DNA from: Euprymna scolopes
Lineage: Eukaryota
Length of the DNA: 64,000 nt
Strand: one strand, 5' to 3'
NCBI GenBank assembly: GCA_053919585.1
Contig: CM132819.1
Shown: positions 39,701-51,793 of the stretch, in pieces
How positions within the stretch are numbered: the first letter of the stretch is position 1
Layout of the letters: every line of letters begins with the position of its first letter
Notes under the pieces: generated by a model
What the model saw: the letters and a program-made list of their open reading frames with translations, nothing else
Databases searched by the model: none
Told to the model about the DNA's origin: nothing
Position numbers and translations under genes: made by a program

Positions 39701-40580
39701 ACACTATTTCAGGTCACATTATTCCTGGGATTCACGCATTCTGTTCTGAGGATTCCCAGCAAACCTTCTATGTAACAGTATTACAGGTCACCTTATTTAC
39801 GGATTGACGCATTATGTTCTCGGGAATCCAATGAGACCTTTTCCATAACACTGTTACAGGTCACCCTTTTCCTGGGATTGAGACATTGTGTTTAGGGGAT
39901 TGCCATAACATCTTCTCTGTAACACTATTACAGGTCCCCTCCTTCCTGGGATTGACTCATTGCGTACTTAGTATTCGCCGGGCACTTTCTCATTAACACT
40001 ATTACAGGTCACATTATTCGTGGAATTGAAGCATTGGTTTCTGGTGGCTCAAAGGACACATTCTTCGTAACACTATTACAGGTCACCGTATTTCTGGGAT
40101 TGACGCAATGTGTACTGGGGAATCCGAGAACGCCTTTCCCTTAACATTGTTACAAGTCACCTTTTTCCTGGGATTGACAAAGTGTGTCCTGGGAATCCTC
40201 CAGAACCCTATTACAGGTTACCTTATTTCTGTGATTGACGGATTGTCTTCTCGGGATTCCCAGACACCTTTTCCGTAACACTTTTATAGGTCACATAATT
40301 TCTGGGATTGACGAATTGTGTTCGGGGATTAAACATAACACATTCTCCGTAACACTATTACAGGTAATCTTATTCCTGTAATTGACTCATTGTCTTCTGA
40401 GGATTTCCAGGACACCCTGTCTCTAACACGATTACAGGCCACCTTATTTCTGAGATTGATTATTGCGTTTTTTGATTCCCAGCACACCTTCTTTGTAACA
40501 TTGTTACAGGTCACCATATTCCTGTGATTGATTTTTGTGTACTGAGTATTCATAAGCCACTTTCTCCGTAACACTATTAC
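33705..40580. repeat. Satellite array, 74-bp monomer, roughly 90 diverged copies
   Basis: Consensus caccttctccgtaacactattacaggtcaccttattcctgggattgacgcattgtgttctggggattcccagga. The period was checked (acgcat at 34441 and 34515). There is a ~110-bp unrelated interruption at ~33930-34040 and occasional deletions. Confidence 0.97.
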
Positions 40581-42480
40581 TATTGATGGACTTAATGGAC
40601 ATCTTTGATTTTTCTCCGTTTATTTCGAGAATCTATGTCGAGTTTTACCGCAAATAGTAATATCATCTATATATGGATAAGTTCCAGATAATTTGTTGTC
40701 AGAAACGAAAGAATTAATAAACCCTTGAAAAGCAGAACCCCATTGGTGCCACCCATGGATAATGGTTTGATTTGGTACAAACGATTCCCAGCAGGGAAGG
40801 CCGTGTATAGGGCCGATATCCGGGACAAATTTCGATCTGGTAGTACGCTTTGCATAAGTCAATTGTGCTAAATATACGATATTGGGCTATTCGGTTCACG
40901 AGATCGTCAATCAAAGGCAAAGGTTATGCATCAAGTAAGGTAAAACGATAAATGGGTTGGGAGAAATCAACTACTAATCGTTACTTTTTATTAAGCGACG
41001 AATTTACAACAATCTGAGCACGCCATGGTGAATAATTTGTTTCAAATACATCATCCTCAAGCAGTTGTAGAATTCCCTTTTCAAGGAAACGAGCATACTC
41101 CGCACGGTAATTTCGGGGTTTAATAGCAGTAGGTTTGTAGTCAGGGGTTAAGTTTCGAAACAATTTCACAGGGGCACAGCTTATCTTGGTTAGGGCGCCA
41201 ATTTTTAGAATATTCTGATGTCCACCAAAAGAAATAGTGATACCCTGATGTAGTTTTAAAAAAGGCACTCCGAGTATAATATTCATATAGGAATCAGGAA
41301 GCACTGTAAAGTCAATTTCTTTATACTCGCAAATATAGAAGGAAATGTTCTTCGTGCAATATTCCGATAGTTTGACGGAAACGGCGTAAGATGCCATGGA
41401 AATTACGGAATTACGTTTTAAAGTAGACAGCTTCATTGTTTTAACAATACGAGCACTGATAAAGTTATCAGAACTGCCGGTGTATATGAGGACAGTTAAT
41501 TTTTTTTCCTTTTAATTCAACATAATAGCTGAAGTAGAACGTGAAAGTGTCGGCATAGTAGAACAGCAAACCTTGGAGAAATGACGGAGTTTACCACAGT
41601 TTCGTCATACCTTATCGCAGACAGGACAATGACGCCGATTATCTTTAAAGTGGCGTCTCCCTCCATAGTTGTAACACTTGCTATGAGCAGGGAGGGCAGC
41701 ACAAAATTGTACAAAGTTACACTCAATACGAGAACCAGTAGAATCAGAAATTTTAGTTATAGTGGGCTCCTCTGCAGGATCAGTAGACACATTACTAGTT
41801 CTAATAGAAGTAGTAGTAGTAGAGCGGCTACTACACTCTAGGAAGCGTATGATTCAGCACGAAAGTGAGCTTGTTGTTAAACCCTAGCCCATTGATTAGC
41901 CTTTTTGGGAATTAGCATATCAGTTTCAAGTAGTCTAGCACATATTACTGAGAATCAGGGACCACGTATAAACGCATCACGGATAGATTCATCCCGGTAA
42001 ATAGTAGCAGTAATGTCTTTAAAGTAACAGTCAGTGACAAGTCGATACACGACCTGAAGAAATTGGTCGACAGACTCGTTTTCTTGTTGCAGACGCGTGG
42101 AAAGCAGATGACCAGCATGATTAACGGTTAGTGACTAGTCGCAAACATCTTCCAGTAATTCGACAGCTGGTTCCAATCCTGAATAACCCTCGATAATGTC
42201 AGCAACGCTGGGACCGGTGTTAAAATAAAGAAGTTCGAGTTTATCAGGGTTTAACGAAGCAATAGTTGATAAATATTAATTACAGTTACGATATCACAAT
42301 TTCCAAAGCTTGCTAGCTTGAGGGTCTGCCGAGGATACGTCATATTTGTCCAGACGAATGATCTTCTCCATGAGGGAAATAAAATGTTGTTTAATAAATT
42401 GTGGTGTTGTAAGTAAATGAAGACCTTAAACAAAACCTCTTTCCAAGGCTTTGAACAAAATTAACAGCTACTAAAGCAAG
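40581..42480 (-). mobile_element. Decayed Ty3/Gypsy retrotransposon (gag-protease-RT, truncated within RT) embedded in the satellite
   Basis: Gag MEKIIRLDKYDVSSADPQASKLWK from 42371; HLLSTRLQQENESVDQFL and IRDAFIRG; CCHC-like CYNYGGRRH..RNCGKLRHFSKVC; protease VLIYTGSSDNFIS (catalytic D replaced by Y); RT SPWRAQIVV, DAY.LPLIDDLV, FSTIDLCKAYYQI, YPYIDDITICG. Confidence 0.93.
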
Positions 42481-42736
42481 AGAGAAAGAACTCAGTCTTT
42501 TAAATAAAAAAAGAACGCGTGCAAAATCACGTGGCAAGGAACTGAATTTGTATATACTAGTAAGAAAAATAATTTAAATGGAAATATGTTAAGCNNNNNN
42601 NNNNNNNNNNNNNNNNNNNNNNNNNNNNNNNNNNNNNNNNNNNNNNNNNNNNNNNNNNNNNNNNNNNNNNNNNNNNNNNNNNNNNNNNNNNNNNNNNNNN
42701 NNNNNNNNNNNNNNNNNNNNNNNNNNNNNNNNNNNN

Positions 42737-42772
42737 GTGTTCTGGCGATTCCCAGGACACCTTCTCCTTAAC
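42737..42772. repeat. Terminal piece of the 74-bp satellite beyond the Gypsy insertion and N gap
   Basis: gtgttctggcgattcccaggacaccttctccttaaca matches the monomer. Confidence 0.9.
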
Positions 42773-45700
42773 ATGCAAAGCAAATTCGATTCGATTATTT
42801 TATTAACCCATTATTTATAGTGCTTTTATTGCATAGGGGTGTTATTTTAGAATGTACCCAATCTGAGAGTATGTTTCGTTGTACTTTTATAGTTTTTGTT
42901 GTTCATGTGAGTAAGAGTCTTAGAGTGATAGAGACAGTCTTAGGAGTGTTCATGTTGGTTGAGTGTTCATATGTCTTAGAATGTTCATGTTTGTGGGATA
43001 GCACATTGGAGACATAAAAACGTATATATAAAGAGAGAGAGAGAGAGAGAGAGACAGTTCTGTATATATAAGAGACAAGCATATAAAGAGAGAGACCCGC
43101 ATGTAATTTATTGAGATATTTTTTAATATCTTGATAGATATACCGAGACTGCGTTTTACATTTACGTTCAGACAGGTGTATATTTTTATAAACACAAGGT
43201 TCATATTATATAAATGAGCAATATCTTTTCTGTTGAATAACAACACGAAGACGCAGCTACAAAAAAATGATGATACGTGTATTTCTTCTTCGACCGGTCG
43301 GACATGCTTTTGTATTTCAGGGATTCAAAGTTGTTACATTGTTATCTCTTAAACCCCCTCGCTTCCAGAGCGTGCCGAGAATCGGTCTGAACCTCTCTGC
43401 TCCTCTGATCTGACTGGTCTAACTTCTAGTAAATAACTTCGAACTCTTTTCTATATTGAGAAATCACATGTGTGTCTGGTTAACGTGACTATAACTCACG
43501 TGTTATCAAAATGCGCGGTTTGCATGTTTTGGAACCATTTATGATGTCCCGGAAATTTCCCATTCTCTTTGTTGTTTTAAAAAGGAATTAAACATACTTT
43601 TCTAATTCTGTAACCCATATTCGAATATGCATTCTTTCTAAGACTGTGAATAGTTTCCAGCCAAATTTGTATTTAGTAAATATTTTATCAGAAACAACAA
43701 TTTACTGGAAATTGAATTCATAAAAACATTCTGTGTTTATTTTAACTTATGATTGGAATTCTCAATTGCAAATATAGCTTCGCGAGTTGGAATCCTTGAC
43801 TATCCTATTTCATATTTGCATTTAACTAATTCCCTATTTGTTCACTTACATGAATAGGGGACAACCTTTATCATGTAACACTTGGATCTAAGATCAGATA
43901 TCAGAAGAAAGAACTCCGTTCAGCGCGCCGTTTCCAGCAGTCCATTTTGTGCTTCCGTCAAACTGATTTTATTGATGCTTAGCTGATAAACAGCATTCTT
44001 TAGGTAGAATAGTTTTTACCTGCCAGTTTGTAGACATACGACTGATAGTTAACGTTGATAATATTTATTCTCTTATTATTTACGTTATTCCGAATTGAAA
44101 TACATTACCTCCTGTTTAGTTTATGTCAGGTACAGCTGGATAATTAGAATTTAAAACACGAAAGCAAACGTAGGCACTTACATTTTTTTTAAAATGTGCA
44201 TACTGTTTTCGATTTAATATTTAAGTGATTTTACTTTATCCTTGCGAAAATGTTTTCTTTTTTTTCAATTATTTGGCTCTTTATGAGTCATACTTTAGTG
44301 ACACGAAATTCAAAGTGAAAGATGGTTATATTAAGTCAGAACAAATTGCTTCTGACTAGAGATATTTCATATTCGATGAGGATGGCAACTGGTTACGTAT
44401 AATAACAGTAAAAACAAGACATTTTGCTATTATCGTAAAAATCGTAAGGCAAGTGAATGCTGTTCGAAGCTCATGCAATTTAAATAAACTTCTCAAACTT
44501 GCGTAATGCGATTAAAACTAAAATTATGTTCCGGCATAGGTATTAATATTTTACCATGAGACAAACAACACACTCCAACCGACGCTTTTATCATCAAGAC
44601 ATAACCAATGTTTTCAAATCTGAAATCATAAATAATAAGGTATAAAACTTTATATGCAACTTATGTGAATCAAACTTTAAGATGAAATAAGAAAGTGCAC
44701 TCTTCAAAGTATCGTTGTAATGTCTTAACTCTTCGATTAGTTTCACTTTCATTATATTTAAAAGTTCTTAAATGGACGAAAAGTTCTTAAATGGACTATA
44801 AATATCAATTATGAATTCGGTTGAGGTTTAAAAGGTTCAATGACAAATTGACATCGAAACTCGCTTCGTGATTAATACTTTCTTCATCATTGATTGAATC
44901 ATCAATCTCACATTAATAATACGATAATAGAATCTACATGAATACCAAGTAAGCTAAGAGCAGACAGTTCATATTCAGCAAGCAAATAGGTATTCTTACA
45001 ATGTTACTTTCAATAACTTCATAAAGAATTGTTGTATATTATATAGTTGTAATATACGTTTTAAGTTGGATAGTGATACTAATTGCTAAATAGAAACACT
45101 TAGGTTTGTTGTTTCAGGAATTTAAATAATAGATGCGGTGTGTTTGAGAAATGCTAAGAGAAAAATTAATGTTAGATATTTAATGAGGAAACTGTTGGAA
45201 TATATAAAAAGATATCAAAAACCAACTGCCGACATAGAACTAAATCCAAAGCAAAGAGGTATTAAATAATAATAATTTCTTGTCAACGTATTCAGTGTTC
45301 TTCCGCAAGATTTATTGATAATACCAAAAGTATAATGGCACGCCAGAATGAACATGATGAGCCGGGTTGAGAATTAATAGGCTATGCAAATGTAATAGAA
45401 AGAGATATCGCATCAAATTCCGTAAATATAATTAGATGAGACGAAAATAGGAGTCACTCGCATGTGGTTAATGATAGAGCAAGCAAGATATAATCAGTTA
45501 GTGACAGTGATTTTTTTTTAGCATTATATGGGTATGTTTTCTTTCATTCACCTGACCACGATTCTTTTCGACGTATGAGAGAACATATTTTCAGACGTTA
45601 TCTTCTGATTCAAAAATATCACATGGACATGCGTACAAGGACAAAATAGGGGCATATAATGATTGTGTGATAATAAGAGTCCATTGGGTGATGTTTGTGT

Positions 45701-46084
45701 AACAAATATTGGTAGCTAAAAAATAACCTAAACGAAATATCACATAGCTGTTTATTTTCTATTGCCATATAATTAGAATGAAATAAGTGTGGTATACTGT
45801 ACTACATGTATTATTCTTATCCTAGCTGAAGATTTCATTAACAATGGCCCGCATTATTAATGTAGCGACATTGAGCTCTAATCCGAAGTGGGTATGATAA
45901 TGTACTTGCCCCTTGATTTAGACTGTTTGGAACAACCAAAGAGATTGATTGACATGTACTTAAAACCAGGCTCGGCGTCCAGCATCTCAATGTTTGGTTA
46001 TTTCTGGCGCCTTTCGCTTAATTTTGGTAAGCAAACATATGATTTGGTTGTATACACGCTTATATACTTGTGGACACCGAGTTA

Positions 46085-46711
46085 CACATACAGGTAAACC
46101 CACGAACACAAACTTATAACATAAGGTAAACCTAATTATCTCCCCTAAACACTGAAAATATCATTTTTGCCACATACATCTCACATACACTTCACCTTGA
46201 TATTTCCTGACCTCTTTTCGATTTAGACGTCAAGGTATGAAAACACCATGATTAATTCATAATTTCCACGCAAGTAATGTTTTTTTTATACCTCATCGGT
46301 ATTGAACTAGTTCTTATTACTCTTTTAACAATTACTGTAAATGAATGAATACCGGTTGTAAATTATGATCTCGGCGCAGTGGTGTAGTCATTCTCGATCC
46401 GAGGACCAAGCGACCATTGTTAATATTCTTCTTCACACAAGCTGGTCAGATACTCCGATCCCTAACAGTTTGGTGACATATCGACGTTCAAAACCTTTTA
46501 CAGATTTCTCTGTCGCAAATATTACACTGCCGATTACACCCTACAAAAAAGAATTTTTTAAAATACGTAACATATGCAACCCTTTCCCGTGCCCATTCTC
46601 ACGTGCGTTGATTTATTCTTCTATCCGGCATATTTTTTTCGCACGCCATGTGCGTGAGAGCTAAAAATTAAAACGCTGAGAACAAATAACTGTTTTTCGT
46701 TTACAGTTCAT

Positions 46712-46773
<62 letters not shown>

Positions 46774-48488
46774 CGTATTTAGCTATATTTACACGTATAT
46801 AAAAATATTTTTCTCTTCTTTACACATACTTTTTACGATTGTATTCTTCACATTTTGTTGTCTTTCTCCTTTCCTCTTCATGCCATGGCCGAAAACAAGC
46901 CTAATGTCGCGCCCCTGGAAGTCCAAATCTCTTTTTCTATACATCTCTGTAAAGCGCATAAACAAGATAGCAGTTTTACACAAACTGAAACTATTTTCAA
47001 GAACCAGAAACGTTCTTCTCCAGTCGCGAATAACTTCTCATGGTAGAAGCCTGACCCACGCAGGTGGCAAGAATAAGAGAACCCCCAAAACGGGCAAATT
47101 GTCACACTCCAGCCATGAACGTAACATTCAAAACATACATTCTCAGCAACGCCGGAAACCGGTTTCGTCATGGTCATGACGCTACTAACACCGCCACCCG
47201 TGTGTGTAACTGCGTATAGCGATTTTCTTGACCTGTCCGTTAATCATTTTTTCTTTTTCTCAACAACAACTAATAGCATGCAAACGAAAAATAGGACATG
47301 CTGCCATGTGGGCGACTCCTATTATTTCATGCACGATACATTGCTTCTGCAACACTGAGTTTTTTGGGTTTTTTTTACTTCATATCGATGTTCAAAAATA
47401 AAGTCAAGCTCATCAGCACCTTACGGCATATCAAACCTTTACAGGAACAAACGCGACAAGCAACCTCCCAAATGCATTCGACAAACTCTGTAAAGTCCTG
47501 GAATTCACAACGACCTCAACGACAGAATTTACCCTAGCCAATATGAGTTATGCTTGAACGTGCACAATACGAAACTTATTCCTGGACGTCCAACGATCAA
47601 ACCTACCTGCTAATTACACAGATTATTTTAACCACGCCGATTCCCCGTGTTTGCCATGAACGGACTCGTTTCTTTACAGACTAACTTGCGACCGTACGCG
47701 CTTATCTCGATAACACGTTTCCAAAGTACGGAATCATTTCCTCGCAACAGAATCATTTCCTCGCAATAGAATCATTTCCTCGCAGACTCAATTGCGACCA
47801 TACGCGACTAATTTCGATTAACTTCGACAAACTGTGTTAATCACTAACGCACACTTCCGCAAATTGGCAACACAAATTCGTCTATGACCGCAATAACTCG
47901 CACTTTCAATTAACAATGGTCGTGACCTTTCAACGCAGTTACGCAATCTTCGTAAACTCTTTGTCTGATATCCTTTCATGTCGCCATCTCTTTTTCATTC
48001 TGTATGCACATTGACCATATACATCGGCATACTTTTTCATTTGCTTTCCTTTCCTTTAACTTCCAGTTATGGAGAGAGAAGTTCTACATACGAGCGAACA
48101 CACGAACACAAACGTGTAACATTAAAGTAAACCTAATCATCGATTTTTAACTCTTGCAATCTCATTCTTTGCCGCAGGGCGACGTTAACATCCCACATCC
48201 GCTTTCGCTTAGTATTTCTCGATCTCTTTTCGAGTTGGACCAAGGTGTGAAGAGGCGTCACACCATGCGTCGTTATAGTACATCCGCAAAGGACATTGAC
48301 ATTCCCAGTAATGCATTTTTATTCGGTTTTTACCTGTTTTACATTACTCTTTTAACAATTACTGTAAATAAATGTGTACAGGTTGTAAATTATAATCTCG
48401 TTGCATTCGTATATTCATTTCTGGCCGGAGGACCAAGCGACTATTCTACAATACACACAATGGGATCGGTAACTCAGGTCCTCGTACA
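46085..48488 (+). mobile_element. Old, internally deleted LTR retrotransposon with two diverged ~390-bp LTRs
   Basis: Direct repeats at ~46085-46467 and ~48085-48488 share cacgaacacaaac, gtaaacctaat.atc, ttactcttttaacaattactgtaaat and gaggaccaagcgac. The 5' LTR ends ..aaCA, followed by the PBS-like tggtgacatatcgacg (46471). A purine tract ggagagagaag (48071-48081) precedes the 3' LTR. Confidence 0.75.
47731..47785. repeat. 19-bp tandem repeat x3
   Basis: gaatcatttcctcgcaaca / gaatcatttcctcgcaata / gaatcatttcctcgcag. Confidence 0.9.
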
Positions 48489-48489
48489 T

Positions 48490-49620
48490 ACTACTTTAGC
48501 TTTTGATAATCCATAACAAGTTTGAACTGCTGTTTATTTGCCTGCACAATAGCCATTAGGGGCATTATACCATTTGCCCTCCAGTAGCCAGCCGTTAGAT
48601 ATCCCCATTTGCAGTCCAGTATCATCTTCCTAAAGAATATGCGCTGAGGTTGGCTAATCTGCACGTCTATTTCCGACGTAATGTAATCTCTTTCTAGTGG
48701 TATTTTCATGCTTTGCAGAGAAGTCGAAGCTGGGTATTCGTGTTGAAATGTTACCACACCGATTCTTGATACAGCTACCCTCCCAGACGCTTTATTGCGT
48801 CACACAAGCAAAAAGTCAAACGCATGATAATATCTACCCACAAGTTAAACATCTACGTTAATACTCAGCTTTGCACGAATGTAAAATTGCGACACTCCTG
48901 TTCCAGGAGAAGTAAGTCTTCTCTCGTCTGCTGTGAGCACAGGAATAACTTTTTTCGACCATTTCTTGCATGTCCTGCGATATAATGACTGTGTAGATAC
49001 GGTATCCTTAGAGCTGCGCGCGATACTCCAGTAATGTGAACAGTTACAACTTGTAATGCGGGATTGACACAAGTTTGTACGATTATATTGTCGCTGAATT
49101 CTCGCCTCCCCATATCAGTTTCCCTGAGAAAATTGAGAAATCTGCTCATGCGTCTGACATAGATAACGCGTGAATTTTTTTCAGGGATTGACACCACCAC
49201 ATTCACTACGAATAAAAAATCGCTCATCTTATTATTGGGTCTATTTTATTCGTAACACTGCGCAAAATATCCATTTCCTTAGATCTGCTTTGTACCGATC
49301 GTTTATCTACAGCAGCCTGTTCTGTATTCTCAGTGCAGTTATATTTTATACAACCCGACATGGTTCTAAAATCTTCGCAGAGATAACTCGACATGACTCC
49401 GAACAACTTTATTGAAACGACACGATACGATCCCGAACAGCTCCGGCTAATCGACCCGGTACGATTCCGAACGACTCTGCCGAGATGACACAGTAGTAGG
49501 GCAGCCTCGGCAGTTATTACAAAACGACTCTAGCGTCAGCTGTTTTATAACGTTTGGACGAGTATATTTCCGCCGTAGGTAGGCCCCACTAAGATAATGA
49601 CAAGCAATGCTGGCCACAAT
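48490..49620 (-). mobile_element. Decayed Ty3/Gypsy remnant (PBS region, gag/protease traces, RT N-terminus)
   Basis: GIMPLMAIVQANKQQFKLVMDYQKLK resembles the Gypsy RT start GLIPLMAV.Q.NK.KVRPVMDY.ELN. A PBS-like tggggcctacc lies at 49589-49578. Confidence 0.65.
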
Positions 49621-51219
49621 ATGTATGTATATAAACGAATGCGGTACTCATCATTCCTTGCCTCTTTTTTGTAGACTCTGATTTGGAGTGAAAACTATTA
49701 TTTATTTCTAATAACAAGTAATTAAACTTATCTGAAGTCAGAAACGTATTTATAAATTAAGAATATAAAACGCATTGAAAAACGCATTATTGGCAGCCCT
49801 GTGACTCCTGATTCCGATATTTTAGCCCTCGTTTGTGATTTTATTTTTATGCAAAAACGTGGTAGACTGAGGGATAACGCGGCGGATTTATTTTAATTGA
49901 TCTAAGATCAAGCAGTTTTGTTTTCTTCGCCATCGCGACTATTTTGTCTTGGCTCCAATTTAAATGATTGACTCTGTGTGCAGCATGCTTATTTGATAAT
50001 ATTTTGAGATTGACCATCAGTCCTGAAATGGAACACATACATCAAATCATTTGCCAGAGTCACCGAAATATATGGTTGCATCATTCCTCCAGTCTAGTAA
50101 CTATCTCAATCCTAATAAAAGTCTCTAATGGTATCAGAAGCAAACACATCTTAAGATGGAGTATTGTGGTAAAAGAAAGGAGAAGACTAGTGCAAGATAA
50201 AGGAGACACGTGTCCATTGGCAAGTTAACTTTCAAAGAAGAGGGCGCGTCTGTTTCTCTTACTAACGATTTCTCTTCTTTGCAAAGAGAGTTACGACATA
50301 GGTTTAACCGGTGCCACGTACTGACATGCGGCCGACGTGGTGATCAAAGAGAGCAAACAACGTTACCTTTGCCACATGTCGAATTTAATATTCGAGAGGA
50401 ACAAAATATTAGCTGCATGTTAATGACATTTGTCACTGCAGGTCGTTCTGATGGTTGAGTTAATATTATTAAGTATTACGCTACACATATTACTGCTAAT
50501 ATTAATATAAGTAAACAAAATACTCGAAACTAAGTCATCCTGAGTCCCTTAATCCAACATAACCCCTCACAACCGCAACAACGTACATGAGTTACACCTG
50601 GTATTTATCACGGAAAATAGTCCTGACTGTTCGAGAAGAATAAAAATAACGCAGATGCGAGCAGAATCATTTATTTGTACAGTCCCAAATAGCGGTAACA
50701 ATAATTATCAGATATAAATCAATAGTTAACCACTGTTGCAATGAAGTTTTATTATTTGCAACTGCTATCGAAAGAAATAGTATTTCAGAGTTAAAGAAAA
50801 GATTTGTTTTCGCACAGATTCTATGGAACAATATATGCTATTTTTACTGATCATCACTGATAAAAATTGATTAAAATCTCCAATGAATAAATGATTATAA
50901 TGTCTGCATATAAAATGCTATACAAACTTTTAATGTCGATATTAAAGGTATGGTTTTCTGATAAGGACGGAGCTGCGATTTTTTTTGGGTACGGCCAAAA
51001 CGGAAGGAAGTAGTAAGTATTTTTAAAGGAAGTCTGTCGTTAAAAATCTACCAAAAATCGAGTAATTATCCAATCAATACAACATTTTCACCGATTATTA
51101 AGTGGCAGATGAACTTTATAATGGTTTATGTTTTTTTTAATAATATATATATATTTATAATATATATTTTTTATAATATATGTATATTTATAATATATAT
51201 ATATATATATACATATATA

Positions 51220-51734
51220 TGTCAGGTCATGTCATATGCTACTGGTAACCCAGTCCTACCTGCCTCATGGTCGGGTCACCGGCGACTAAACTGGTTCCCC
51301 CACCAGACTTGTTTGGTGAGAAGGGCGGCTAGTCTCCCTGACGGATTAAAAATAAGACCTCCCAAAGGGCGAATGCACTCTTTTTCTGGGTCAACGGCCA
51401 ACTAGCACCGTGTATATTTGTATTGGGGTAGAAAGGGCTCCCGTAAGCCGTGGTGAAGGCAACCTTTCTAGGAGAAGCAAATCTGATTTAAAAAAAAAAC
51501 ATAAAGCGGAAGACCATTACCCGCATTAAGCTGGTCTGCAGTTTAATTTGTTGCTGGCTATCTTGCTCTTGCTTGTTGCTGGATCTCAACATTTTGAACC
51601 GAGAAAGAGAGACTTAGCTGTCGTACAAAGCTAAGACTCTGTAACATCATATTTGTATAGATACTCCCTCAGACATTTGGGCTCCTGGATTTTAAATGCC
51701 TGAGGGAGTGGCACTCGTCTGACAAGACGTTGCA

Positions 51735-51737
<3 letters not shown>
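51220..51737 (+). mobile_element. Non-coding, highly structured retroelement (RTE 5'-UTR-like / SINE-like) inserted in (TA)n
   Basis: GC-richer island bounded by TA tracts on both sides. It contains aaggcaacctttctaggagaag..tctgatt (RTE 5'-UTR-like) and hairpins at 51301-51318, 51607-51640 and 51663-51709. Confidence 0.6.
51244..51294 (+). ncRNA. Candidate minimal (P4-less) HDV-like ribozyme
   Basis: P1 ggtaacc/ggtcacc (one A.C mismatch), P2 cagt/actg, P3 acc/ggt closing loop tgcctcat, P1.1 cc/gg, and J4/2 ctaa, in the nested double-pseudoknot order. Confidence 0.5.

Positions 51738-51793
<56 letters not shown>

Noticed and set aside
33633-40574. Many 60-120 aa ORFs in the satellite
   Set aside because: The 74-bp period is not a multiple of 3. 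ORFs appear in all frames on both strands and are repeatedly interrupted.
33705-40580. CRISPR array interpretation of the regularly spaced palindromic repeat
   Set aside because: The whole 74-bp unit repeats with no unique spacers, there are no cas genes, and the context is eukaryotic.
33705-40580. Twister-ribozyme resemblance of the monomer (TAACACT..CAGGTC..CCTG..GTG..GGGG)
   Set aside because: It lacks the conserved GC/AAGC and GAGGG pseudoknot elements, so the similarity is superficial. An Infernal twister search on the consensus would settle it.
43900-44140. Chain of micro-exons with GT-AG signals on the minus strand (similar hints at 3228-3320, 12865-13260, 32913-33020)
   Set aside because: The implied introns are very short, the peptides are unrecognisable, and such signals arise by chance in AT-rich DNA.
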